A DNA stretch of 63,902 nt, counting the filler, from an uncultured Methanosarcinales archaeon (lineage in GTDB: Archaea; Nanobdellota; Nanobdellia; Woesearchaeales; CAZOXR01), in the NCBI GenBank assembly GCA_964566535.1. It is 5 parts of 5 records of this genome, joined end to end, with 100 filler letters (N's around TTAATTAATTAA, not from the genome) between each part and the next. Parts side by side here need not be neighbours in the genome. Positions count along the whole stretch, not along the records: positions 20,838 to 52,587 come from CAZMIO010000003.1; 4 more parts are not named here. One strand, 5' to 3'. Position 1 is the stretch's first letter; every line of letters starts with the position of its first letter. The translations under genes and the position numbers were made by a program. Shown here one piece after another: positions 40,780 through 49,772 of the stretch. The notes below the pieces were generated by a model. That model made no database searches, was not told the DNA's origin, and worked only from the letters and a program-made list of their open reading frames with translations.

Positions 40780-41915
40780 AAAAACAAGATAAATTAGATC
40801 CAATCTGCGGAATGAAAGGCCACATAAAAGCGCATGGCTCTTATTTCTGTAGTCAAAACTGTATAAAAGAATATGAAAGACATAACAGGATGAAACATTG
40901 CATTAGCTGCGATATCAAAGGGGGCCATCGCCCTTGGTACAAAGAAAGACTTTACATCGTCAGCATTGCAACTGCCATAATAATATTAATCTCATACCTA
41001 ATCCCTTCCCTAAACCCACTATTCAACTCATTCATCGACTATTTCAAGTTAATCTGGTGGGCAATCCTAGCAGGATTACTAATCGGAGGAATTATTGACT
41101 ACTTTATCCCAAAAGAATACATCTCAAAATTCTTATCAACTCATAAAAAAAGAACAATCTTCTATGCAGTTGGATTTGGATTCTTAATGTCAGCTTGTTC
41201 CCACGGAATTTTAGCAATAGCAATAGAACTTTACAAAAAAGGAGCATCTATTCCTTCAGTAATAGCATTCTTATTAGCTTCACCTTGGGCTAATCTTCCA
41301 ATAACAATATTACTTTTCAGTTTCTTTGGAACAAAAGCATTATACCTTGTATTCTCAGCTGTAGTTATTGCAATCATAACTGGATTCATATACCAGTTTC
41401 TGTCAAAAAACAAAAAAATTGAAGACAACCCACACACAGTCAAGGTTGGAAAAGAATTTTCAATAAAAGAAGACATCAAAAAAAGATTCAAGAACCATAA
41501 ATTCTCATTAGAAGATGTGAAAGGAGTTGTTAAAGGTGGTTGGGCTTTGGCAAAGATGGTTGTTTGGTGGATCTTAATAGGTATGATCTTAGCAGCTTTC
41601 GCAAGAACATACGTCCCTCATGATTTCTTCATGAAATACATGGGACCAACTGCATTAGGTTTACTAATAACATTAGTTTTCGCAACAATAATAGAAGTAT
41701 GTTCTGAAGGTTCTTCAGTACTAGCATTTGAAATATTCAAACAAACGGGAGCTTTAGGTAACTCATTTACCTTCCTAATGGCTGGGGTGGCCACAGATAT
41801 GACGGAGATTGGATTGCTATGGAGTAATATAGGGCGTAAGACCGCAATTTGGTTACCTATAATCACTGTACCACAAATTGTAGTACTTGGATATCTTTTC
41901 AATTTACTACTCTAA
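40776..41915 (+). CDS. DUF318/ArsP-like permease with N-terminal YHS/TRASH-like motif
   Basis: DPICGM..YFCS..C; ACSHG, ASPWAN, EVCSEG. Confidence 0.88.
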   Translation: MKKQDKLDPICGMKGHIKAHGSYFCSQNCIKEYERHNRMKHCISCDIKGGHRPWYKERLYIVSIATAIIILISYLIPSLNPLFNSFIDYFKLIWWAILAGLLIGGIIDYFIPKEYISKFLSTHKKRTIFYAVGFGFLMSACSHGILAIAIELYKKGASIPSVIAFLLASPWANLPITILLFSFFGTKALYLVFSAVVIAIITGFIYQFLSKNKKIEDNPHTVKVGKEFSIKEDIKKRFKNHKFSLEDVKGVVKGGWALAKMVVWWILIGMILAAFARTYVPHDFFMKYMGPTALGLLITLVFATIIEVCSEGSSVLAFEIFKQTGALGNSFTFLMAGVATDMTEIGLLWSNIGRKTAIWLPIITVPQIVVLGYLFNLLL

Positions 41916-42869
41916 TCTTTTTTTAACTAATTTATAGGAATTGTGTGGATTTGCCCTTCTACATATATCTCTAAATTGCCCTTCTTTAAACCAAAAACCA
42001 GCTATGTTTCCATATTTGTTATTTGCTTTATCTAAAAGATTCAATATTATTGGAAAATTAAGTCCGTAGATTGTAATGTCGTCCTTTCCATTCTTAGGAT
42101 TAGAATGTTTAAATCCTAAATTATCTAATAATTTAATAAATCCCCTCCTAGTTTCTTCTTTCCACTGAGATACTGTAAATGTTGTTCCTTTAAAGTGCCC
42201 TTCATCAATTATGAACTGTGAAAATACTTGAAATTGAAATTCTTGAGGTAATTTACAAATAACCTCAAAAAACTTTATTGAATCTATTTCTTCTGGTTTT
42301 AATCTTAAAGATTTAGAGATTAAGTGAACTAAAACACTAGGAATAGTAACATATGATATTTTTTCATCTTTTATTCTTGAAAGATCAGTTTTATCTTTCA
42401 ACAATATTTGAATTAGATTATCCATAAAATAAACTCTATCGTGTTTTTGATACCAAGAACATTGACCTGTAAGACGATTATAACAACCATCTCCTTGTAT
42501 TGTTATTGCTCTGACATGCAATGGATTAACATTAAATGGGAATAAGATATTATACATATTCGCTTGTCTTCTTCCAAAAGATACCACTTCTTTTTCAAGG
42601 TCTTCTAAATTATAACTTAAAGTTCTAGCTATTTTAATCAGATGACTAACAGAATGGATAAATTTTTTACCTCTATATATTGAATCAATAGTTTCCCTAT
42701 CAAATTTAAGATCCCTACCTAATCTCCTAACGCCATACTCTTTAATTGACTTTTCAAGCTTATTTCTAACTTTGTCAGAAAGCTTTACAAAACCATCAAC
42801 TTCCCACAAATGGACGGTATTAGGTATATTTTCTAAGTTCTTACTTTTATTTTTTTGATTTGAGTTCAT
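41907..42869 (-). CDS. LAGLIDADG-like endonuclease with N-terminal HTH
   Basis: Two motif-like helices, AITIQGDG and SQFIIDEG; free-standing and antisense. Confidence 0.7.
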   Translation of the reverse strand: MNSNQKNKSKNLENIPNTVHLWEVDGFVKLSDKVRNKLEKSIKEYGVRRLGRDLKFDRETIDSIYRGKKFIHSVSHLIKIARTLSYNLEDLEKEVVSFGRRQANMYNILFPFNVNPLHVRAITIQGDGCYNRLTGQCSWYQKHDRVYFMDNLIQILLKDKTDLSRIKDEKISYVTIPSVLVHLISKSLRLKPEEIDSIKFFEVICKLPQEFQFQVFSQFIIDEGHFKGTTFTVSQWKEETRRGFIKLLDNLGFKHSNPKNGKDDITIYGLNFPIILNLLDKANNKYGNIAGFWFKEGQFRDICRRANPHNSYKLVKKRLE

Positions 42870-42977
42870 TTTAAATCACTAAGATGATATATTTTATTGG
42901 ATTTAAAATTGGATGAAAACATCAAAAAATAAAGAAGACGTAGTTTAAATACCTTCCGAGGGTCCATGTCCAGTGGG

Positions 42978-43076
42978 TTGTGGTCAAACATCGGAAGAAA
43001 AACAGCAATTTGGCTACCAATAATAACAGTACCTCAGATAGTAGTGTTAGGATATTTATTTAATATTTTACTTTAA
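42978..43076 (+). pseudogene. Displaced duplicate of the permease 3' end
   Basis: Encodes LWSNIGRKTAIWLPIITVPQIVVLGYLFNILL*, 31/32 aa identical to 41817-41915. Confidence 0.92.
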
Positions 43077-43121
43077 GAAATATTTCCCTGGGAACTGGTA
43101 TCACAGACTATGTATGAACAC

Positions 43122-44066
43122 TTATTGTCCTGAAACCTGGTTAATGTAGCCCACAATCATCTTTTCTATAGCATCCCTATGCACAAATATCACACCTGTT
43201 TGTTGCATTTCTTTGTATCCAAGAGGGTGCCCAGGAGTTTGGATTCTATCACCTCTAATACCTATCCCCTCATTAACAATCCCAGCAAATGTATATTTAT
43301 CCTCTCCAGCCCTTAAAAAAACAGGCTCACCACCTTCTCCATTATAACCTGGAACACTGGTAAAACAATGACTTTCTTCACTTCCCTCATAATTCCCAGA
43401 GAAGCCACTTAAAAAATCTTCATCATGTCTCAAAACATAACCTTGCTTCTCATATAAGGGAGACCCTGCAGGAACTACTAACTTACCCAACCTTTCAACC
43501 TCTTTAGTTTGATCAAAAAAATCCCTCCCACCAAACTCAAATTCATATCCTTCTTCAGAAGGTGTTCCAACCATCCTGATAAATGTTGAAACATCATCTC
43601 CAACATCTGGAACTTTAGGTCCTAAATGCATCCGTGCAACCCCTTCTGGATTTCTATTTCCATCATAATTTGTTCTAATAAGGGCAATATCAGCATCACT
43701 ATCTTCTGCAATAACCTCAAATGGCCTTCTCCCATCAAAAACATAACCTCTTCTTGATTGGTGAAGTACCCTTAAATCATCAACACCACCATCAATAACA
43801 TGGGAGTTTGTAAGAAATAGATTATCACCAAGATAAGTGGCTCTTCCACCAGTAATTGCTCTGTCATTATCATCAACTCTGGCAATATCATACAATGTTC
43901 CCTCAATCTCATTTTTATTCATATGAGGATCATCTGAGGGACTAAGAAAATCGTTTAATAGATCTACCTCTAACTCACTGGCTGATTTTCTATCGCAACC
44001 AACAGTAACTGCAGCAGCAGCAAATGTACCAGCCAATCTTAAAAACGTTCTTCTATCTATATCCAT
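43122..44066 (-). CDS. Tat-signal trypsin-like protein, probably inactive
   Basis: RRTFL, TVGC, LTNSHV, DIALI, NGEGGEPVF. Confidence 0.7.
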   Translation of the reverse strand: MDIDRRTFLRLAGTFAAAAVTVGCDRKSASELEVDLLNDFLSPSDDPHMNKNEIEGTLYDIARVDDNDRAITGGRATYLGDNLFLTNSHVIDGGVDDLRVLHQSRRGYVFDGRRPFEVIAEDSDADIALIRTNYDGNRNPEGVARMHLGPKVPDVGDDVSTFIRMVGTPSEEGYEFEFGGRDFFDQTKEVERLGKLVVPAGSPLYEKQGYVLRHDEDFLSGFSGNYEGSEESHCFTSVPGYNGEGGEPVFLRAGEDKYTFAGIVNEGIGIRGDRIQTPGHPLGYKEMQQTGVIFVHRDAIEKMIVGYINQVSGQ

Positions 44067-44139
44067 AAGAAATTATCAGAACTTCCCATATATAAAGCTT
44101 TCGCTTATTAACTACTATAGAATAGTAACAATACTCTCC

Positions 44140-44499
44140 TCACAACTCACAATCTTCACAATTAACCTTCTCACAAACCTTGTCCTTAAACTTCCATTTC
44201 AAAGCCCACTTCTTAATGTCCTGTATAATCTTAATAAAGTCATCTCCACTCTTAGTCAAAGAATACAAACACTTTACCGGAACCTCTGAAGCATCAACTC
44301 TTCGTTTAACTAAACCTTCCTTCTCAAGTTCCTTAAGCCTCATAGATAGTATCTTGGGAGTTATCTCTGGCAACCCCCTTTTGATCTCAGAATACCTCCT
44401 CTCCTTAGACTCCCCTTTAAATAACTCTAACAAAATGAGTAAAGTCCATCTTTTACCAATAAAATTGGTTGTTTTGTAGATTATACAGTCATTATACAT
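44140..44499 (-). CDS. HxlR/DUF24 regulator
   Basis: C..IGKRWTLLIL..ITPKILSMRLKELE..YSLT. Confidence 0.92.
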   Translation of the reverse strand: MYNDCIIYKTTNFIGKRWTLLILLELFKGESKERRYSEIKRGLPEITPKILSMRLKELEKEGLVKRRVDASEVPVKCLYSLTKSGDDFIKIIQDIKKWALKWKFKDKVCEKVNCEDCEL

Positions 44500-44573
44500 T
44501 TTAAAACCCCTAAATCACTTAGTATACTTTAAGAAACCACTACATATTTATATAACTATTGTTTTACTACCTA

Positions 44574-44588
44574 CTATCAAAAAGATAC
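44574..44588. promoter_or_regulatory. Candidate HxlR-family operator
   Basis: CTATC-AAAAA-GATAC in the divergent intergenic region. Confidence 0.45.
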
Positions 44589-44602
44589 TAAGGTAGGATA
44601 AG

Positions 44603-45442
44603 ATGGTAAAAAGAAAAATAGTTGAAATTGATGAAGAAAAGTGCAACGGTTGCGGCTTATGCATACCTAACTGCCATGAGGGAGCATTACTAATCATAGA
44701 TAATAAAGCTAGATTAATATCCGACCTCTTCTGCGACGGCTTAGGAAACTGCTTAGGACATTGTCCGAAAGACGCAATAACAATTGTAGAAAGGGAAGCA
44801 GAACCCTACGACGAAAAGAAAGTTATGGCAAAAATATCAAAACAAGGTACTAACACTGTAATAGCCCACCTAAAACACCTAAAAGATCATAATGAAACAG
44901 AGTTCCTAAATCAAGCTATAGAATATTTAAAAGAAAACAATTTGGAAATACCAAATTTGGAGGAAAATGAAATGAACCAACCAACAGGCGGATGTCCAGG
45001 ATCAAAGACGATGGACTTCTCAGATAAAGAACAAAAAGAAGAAACAGGGGAGAGATCCTCACAACTTAGACAATGGCCAATTCAATTACATTTAGTCGGA
45101 CCAATGGCACCCTATTTTCAAGAGAAAGATGTAGTCATAGCAGCAGACTGTGTTGCTTATGCATTAGCAGATTTCCATAAGAACCATCTTAAAGGAAAAT
45201 CATTAGCAATTGCATGCCCTAAACTAGATTCCGACCAAGAAACATACATTGAAAAAATAACAGCATTAATCGATGAAGCAAAAATCAACACTTTAACAGT
45301 AATGATAATGGAAGTGCCATGTTGTGGTGGATTACTGCATGTAGCAAAACAAGCGGCAGAAAAAGCAAAAAGAAAAATTCCAATAAAATCAGTTGTAGTT
45401 GGCATCCAAGGAGACGTCCTAAGTGAGGAGTGGGAAAAATGA
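44603..45442 (+). CDS. 4Fe-4S ferredoxin-domain protein
   Basis: CNGCGLCIPNC, CDGLGNCLGHCP, QWPIQL, CPKLD, MEVPCC. Confidence 0.9.
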   Translation: MVKRKIVEIDEEKCNGCGLCIPNCHEGALLIIDNKARLISDLFCDGLGNCLGHCPKDAITIVEREAEPYDEKKVMAKISKQGTNTVIAHLKHLKDHNETEFLNQAIEYLKENNLEIPNLEENEMNQPTGGCPGSKTMDFSDKEQKEETGERSSQLRQWPIQLHLVGPMAPYFQEKDVVIAADCVAYALADFHKNHLKGKSLAIACPKLDSDQETYIEKITALIDEAKINTLTVMIMEVPCCGGLLHVAKQAAEKAKRKIPIKSVVVGIQGDVLSEEWEK

Positions 45443-45750
45443 ACGAAGGATTTTCAAAAGAGTTAGACGAACTGATGGAATTCCCCAAAGAGGGGGTTTT
45501 CTCTACAGTATTAGCTAAATCAGACACTTATAACTACACTTTAATGTGCTTATCAGCAGGAACAGACATAGACACACACACTTCAACAAAAAACGGAGTA
45601 GTCCAAGTTCTAAAGGGAAAAGGAACTTTCAGATTATTCGATAAAGACATAGAAATGAAACCAAACACATTCATCTTTATGCCAAAAGACGCTCCGCATT
45701 CACTAAAGGCAGAAGAAGACTTAGCTATATTGTTATGCTTAACTACTTAA
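45430..45750 (+). CDS. Cupin-domain protein
   Basis: IDTHTS..VLKGKG..APHSL. Confidence 0.85.
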   Translation: MGKMNEGFSKELDELMEFPKEGVFSTVLAKSDTYNYTLMCLSAGTDIDTHTSTKNGVVQVLKGKGTFRLFDKDIEMKPNTFIFMPKDAPHSLKAEEDLAILLCLTT

Positions 45751-46309
45751 TGCAGTCCTTACAATGCTGTTCGCAATCTATTTGCTCTTGATTCTCGTAA
45801 TTAATGTTAAGTGGCAATACGAAATCCTTAGCAGTAGAAATAACTATATTCATCTGAATATCCTTAACCTTCTCATTCCCTCTCAGATGATGGTTAACAA
45901 TACCTTCTAATCTCTTTAAATCTGTAGCCATAAAAAACAAACAAAGATTGTGCTTCCCAGATGTAATCAAAGCATTAACAAAAAAAGGACAATCCTTAAA
46001 TTCATTGATTATTGCAGCAGTATCAGTAGCACTAATGTCTACTTTAGCTAGACTCAAATCAACAACTCTAAAATTAACCCCATTAACGTTATACAAAATA
46101 CCTTTCTGTTGCAATTTCTTTATCCTTGCACCTACAGAAGGCTGACTTAACTTAATTTTCTTAGCAATTTCTTCCTGAGAAATATTCGGGTCTCTTTGAA
46201 TCAACGAAAGAACTACATTGTCTCGATCATCAAGCCCTAACTTTTCATTAAGCTCAATCTTTTTTTTAAACTCTTCAATTTTTACAAAATTTTTAACTTT
46301 TTCTGCCAT
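45743..46309 (-). CDS. Lrp/AsnC regulator
   Basis: LDDRD..SQEEIA..LSQPSVGARIKKL; C-terminal CxxxCxxC. Confidence 0.88.
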   Translation of the reverse strand: MAEKVKNFVKIEEFKKKIELNEKLGLDDRDNVVLSLIQRDPNISQEEIAKKIKLSQPSVGARIKKLQQKGILYNVNGVNFRVVDLSLAKVDISATDTAAIINEFKDCPFFVNALITSGKHNLCLFFMATDLKRLEGIVNHHLRGNEKVKDIQMNIVISTAKDFVLPLNINYENQEQIDCEQHCKDCIK

Positions 46310-46451
46310 TTTCTTATATTACATACGATAGGTAGTACTAATATTTAAACTTTTCCTTTATTTTATATAAATAAACCCTTTTTTATTATATTCTAAAGTA
46401 TAAACAGCTATTAAAAACACATAATTTTATATACTAGATACACCTTACTTA

Positions 46452-46895
46452 ATGATGAAGAGTCAACGGATAAAAGAGATTGAGATAGAATTGTTCACTA
46501 TTTCTAACGATATATGGCCTAATAAAAAACAAATTACTAAAGAGAAACCTAAACCAGCACAGGGTCCTCCAATCGAAAGAGAACTGGAGCCAGAATGGTT
46601 AAGTGAGCTAGAAAAGAAAGTAACTGCTGAACAAGAAACAACCAAAAAACCAATAGAAGAAATAGCAGAAGAATCATTTTTCTACACAACTTACTTACCT
46701 AAACTAAAAGAAAGCTACGAACCAATCAATGATCAAGAAAAATTATTTCAAAAAACAAATCTAGTCTCAGAAATTGATGACTGGTGGTACACAAAGTACA
46801 GAACAATTGCACAAAAACTAAGAAACGTTACCTCACTACGTGGATTCTTGTCCTATCTTCAAGACACAATGCTCGTCATAAAAAAAGTAAAATAG
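46452..46895 (+). CDS. Hypothetical protein
   Basis: ORF with a TATA box at ~46427. Confidence 0.6.
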   Translation: MMKSQRIKEIEIELFTISNDIWPNKKQITKEKPKPAQGPPIERELEPEWLSELEKKVTAEQETTKKPIEEIAEESFFYTTYLPKLKESYEPINDQEKLFQKTNLVSEIDDWWYTKYRTIAQKLRNVTSLRGFLSYLQDTMLVIKKVK

Positions 46896-46998
46896 TTTTT
46901 CCACAACACCCACAGTTTTAACCTAAATATACTCTCTAAGAATTTCTTATAATCTATAGCAATCAGTTTTATATATCCTAGGGGCCACATTATACTTT

Positions 46999-47214
46999 AT
47001 GACAACAAAGAAAAAACCAATAACAAAAAAAATTTTGATTGGAGAACTTGTTAAAAACTATCCTGAATTAGTGGATACAATTATGAATCATGGATTGCAC
47101 TGTGTCGGCTGCCATGTTTCAACATGGGAAACGTTAGAGCAAGGCGCATCAGGTCACGGAGTAGATATTGACAAACTTGTAGAGGATTTGAACAAACAGC
47201 TAGGGGTGAACTAA
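46999..47214 (+). CDS. DUF1858-like redox disulfide domain protein
   Basis: YPE..GLHCVGC..ETLEQGA..HGVD. Confidence 0.88.
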   Translation: MTTKKKPITKKILIGELVKNYPELVDTIMNHGLHCVGCHVSTWETLEQGASGHGVDIDKLVEDLNKQLGVN

Positions 47215-47215
47215 A

Positions 47216-47362
47216 ATGGAACGAATGGAACAAAAAATCACTTGCCACAAAGGCAAATGTTTTGAATCTGAGGGAGTAGAAGCACAGTTTGATGTAATCT
47301 TTGACGACAGCAACATTGTTGAAGAGATCCAACACGAAATGACAGTGAACTTAATCAAATAA
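47216..47362 (+). CDS. 48-aa hypothetical microprotein
   Basis: GGGGTGA RBS; MERMEQKITCHKGKCFESEG.. Confidence 0.6.
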   Translation: MERMEQKITCHKGKCFESEGVEAQFDVIFDDSNIVEEIQHEMTVNLIK

Positions 47363-47411
47363 GTAAGTGGCCTCGAGTTTTAAGCGCCTCTTTTTCTCGG
47401 GGCCATTTACT
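47362..47411. other. Intergenic hairpin
   Basis: AGTAAGTGGCCTCGAG..CTCGGGGCCATTTACT. Confidence 0.65.
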
Positions 47412-47455
47412 AATCATTTTCAAAATGACTAATGAACCATATGGAGGTGGTAGCG

Positions 47456-47476
47456 ATGGGTTGCGGATGTGGATAA
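47456..47476 (+). CDS. Candidate micropeptide MGCGCG
   Basis: GGAGGTG SD 6 nt before ATG GGT TGC GGA TGT GGA TAA. Confidence 0.35.
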   Translation: MGCGCG

Positions 47477-47544
47477 TATAACTAAACAAACATTAAACAT
47501 TTTTTTGTTTTTATTTTTTATAAATCAGACTCAAGGAGATAACA

Positions 47545-47667
47545 ATGACGCACATGTGCAGTACGAAATGTTGCAAAGAAAACAAAGGAATGTGTAAACA
47601 CGAAAAAACAACACTTATGATCTTAGTAGTCATAGTTGCAGCTGCACTGTACTTTGTTCTAATCTAA
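47545..47667 (+). CDS. 40-aa Cys-rich membrane microprotein
   Basis: AAGGAG RBS; MTHMCSTKCCKENKGMCKHEK followed by a TM helix. Confidence 0.7.
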   Translation: MTHMCSTKCCKENKGMCKHEKTTLMILVVIVAAALYFVLI

Positions 47668-47709
47668 GAGAAAACTTATTAAACACTGAAATGGAGGAAT
47701 AAGAAAAGA

Positions 47710-48273
47710 ATGATAAAAATAAACGAAAAAGCACCAGAGCTTAAGGGAGATGCCTTTGTCGGCAATGAAATTAAAAAAATTAGTTTGGATGATTACAAGG
47801 GAAAGTGGGTTATACTATTCTTCTATCCAGCAGACTTTACATTTGTCTGTCCAACTGAACTGGGAGAATTAGCAGATAACTACAAAAGAATCCAGGACGA
47901 AGGGGCAGAAGTTATTAGTGTGTCAACAGATACTACATTTGTTCATAAAGCATGGCACGATAACTCTCCAACAATAAAGAAGATTAAGTTCCCTATGTTT
48001 GCAGACCCAACAAGAAGAGTCTGCAATAATTACGGAACGCTAATCGATGAAGACGGATTATCATTAAGAGCAACATTCATCATAGACCCCGAAGGGATCG
48101 TAAAAGCATTCGAATTCCACGATAACAGTATCGGAAGAAGCATCGAAGAGCTTATAAGAAAACTTCAGGCAGCAAAGTTCGTAGAAGAAAACAAAGGACA
48201 GGTATGTCCGATGAACTGGAAACCAGGCGAAAAAACCCTAACACCTGGCTTAGACCTTGTAGGGAAGATATAA
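47710..48273 (+). CDS. ahpC: 2-Cys peroxiredoxin
   Basis: FYPADFTFVCPTE, VCPMNW. Confidence 0.96.
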   Translation: MIKINEKAPELKGDAFVGNEIKKISLDDYKGKWVILFFYPADFTFVCPTELGELADNYKRIQDEGAEVISVSTDTTFVHKAWHDNSPTIKKIKFPMFADPTRRVCNNYGTLIDEDGLSLRATFIIDPEGIVKAFEFHDNSIGRSIEELIRKLQAAKFVEENKGQVCPMNWKPGEKTLTPGLDLVGKI

Positions 48274-48361
48274 TATTAAGTCAACTTAATTGGGAAAGAT
48301 GAGACAATCAAGTACAATCATCTTTCCTCAGTTCGACTTTACCAACATGAGGTGATATATT

Positions 48362-48472
48362 ATGACAAGAGAAAAAGCATGTAAAATGTGCAATGAAAAA
48401 TTAGGTAAACAAGAACACGATACTTTGTTTTATTGTATCAAGTGCTCAGGTAAAGTGAGGGCCCACGAATAA
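48362..48472 (+). CDS. 36-aa zinc-ribbon microprotein
   Basis: GAGGTGA RBS; CKMC..CIKC. Confidence 0.7.
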   Translation: MTREKACKMCNEKLGKQEHDTLFYCIKCSGKVRAHE

Positions 48473-48473
48473 A

Positions 48474-49025
48474 ATGAAAAACTACCTTCTTTTTTTGGGA
48501 GCTCTCTCCCTAATTTTCTTAGTAGGATGTTCAACAGGACAGGTACAACCACCAACAGAAAGCACGGGAAATACTGTGTCAAGCTCCACTACGCTAGATT
48601 GGAAAGAAATCTCCGTAAAAGATATCAATTCAGGGGCAACATTTAAAATCTCAGATTTCAAAGGAAAACCAATTCTATTAGAAAGCTTCGCAATTTGGTG
48701 CCCAACATGTACTAAACAGCAAAGAGAGATAAAAAAACTCCATGATGAACTTGGAGATGAAGTAATCTCAATTTCATTAGACACAGACCCAAATGAAGAT
48801 GAATCTAGTGTTAAAGAACATACGGGGGCCAATGGATTCGACTGGCGTTATGTAATCTCTCCACCAACCATGACCCAATCACTAATTGATGAATTCGGTG
48901 TTGGAGTCGTAAACGCACCATCTGTCCCAGTAATATTGATCTGTGAAGACCAATCAACAAGATATCTTAATAGAGGAGTTAAATCTCCAGAGGACCTAAA
49001 GTCCGCAATAGCTCAAGGCTGCTAA
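48474..49025 (+). CDS. TlpA-like thioredoxin lipoprotein
   Basis: LVGC lipobox, WCPTC; ends AQGC. Confidence 0.88.
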   Translation: MKNYLLFLGALSLIFLVGCSTGQVQPPTESTGNTVSSSTTLDWKEISVKDINSGATFKISDFKGKPILLESFAIWCPTCTKQQREIKKLHDELGDEVISISLDTDPNEDESSVKEHTGANGFDWRYVISPPTMTQSLIDEFGVGVVNAPSVPVILICEDQSTRYLNRGVKSPEDLKSAIAQGC

Positions 49026-49026
49026 A

Positions 49027-49758
49027 ATGGTAAGTGCACTAACAAACCTTTGGATTTCGTTTCTTGCAGGTTTGTTTGCACCTTTAGCAGCAGTTTGCGT
49101 TCTACCTTTATACCCTGGTTACTTAGCATACCTTTCAAATCAACTATCTGGAAAGGAATCCAAAAAGACCTACATCACACTAGGATTAGTTGTGGCAGCA
49201 GGAATAATCTCCTCAATGCTTTTAATTGGACTAATCTTCACTAAAATTCTTCAATTATCATTAACTAATGTCATTGGAGTTATTTCGCCAATAGCTTTTG
49301 GTTTACTAGCAATAGTCAGTATTTTTTTAATCTTCAACTTTGACATTGGAAAATTCTTCCCCCAAATACATGCACCTGTGGCTAAAAATCCTTACACATC
49401 ATCATTCATCTTCGGTTTTTTCTTCGGAGCAATAGTACTACCTTGCAATCCAGCATCATTAGCAGTTCTTTTCGCAGTCTCTACATCAACAGCATCATTC
49501 CTAACGAACTTAATGAATTTCATTGTCTTTGGAATAGGAATGTCAGCACCATTACTAATATTCTCAATCATATCATCATCAAAAAGCAAACAAGTTATCG
49601 ACTATTTATCAAAACACAAGAAAACAATTAACTTAATAGCCGGAATTTTAATGTTAATAATCTCATTGTACTACTTAATATTTGTATTCAAAGTTCATAT
49701 ATTCCTGATAGAAAAAGTTACTTTAACTTTTTTAAAAGTCAAGAGTTTCTTTCAATAA
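49027..49758 (+). CDS. ccdA: CcdA-type membrane protein
   Basis: AVCVLPLYP, VLPCNP. Confidence 0.85.
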   Translation: MVSALTNLWISFLAGLFAPLAAVCVLPLYPGYLAYLSNQLSGKESKKTYITLGLVVAAGIISSMLLIGLIFTKILQLSLTNVIGVISPIAFGLLAIVSIFLIFNFDIGKFFPQIHAPVAKNPYTSSFIFGFFFGAIVLPCNPASLAVLFAVSTSTASFLTNLMNFIVFGIGMSAPLLIFSIISSSKSKQVIDYLSKHKKTINLIAGILMLIISLYYLIFVFKVHIFLIEKVTLTFLKVKSFFQ

Positions 49759-49772
49759 CAGAAAATACAAAG

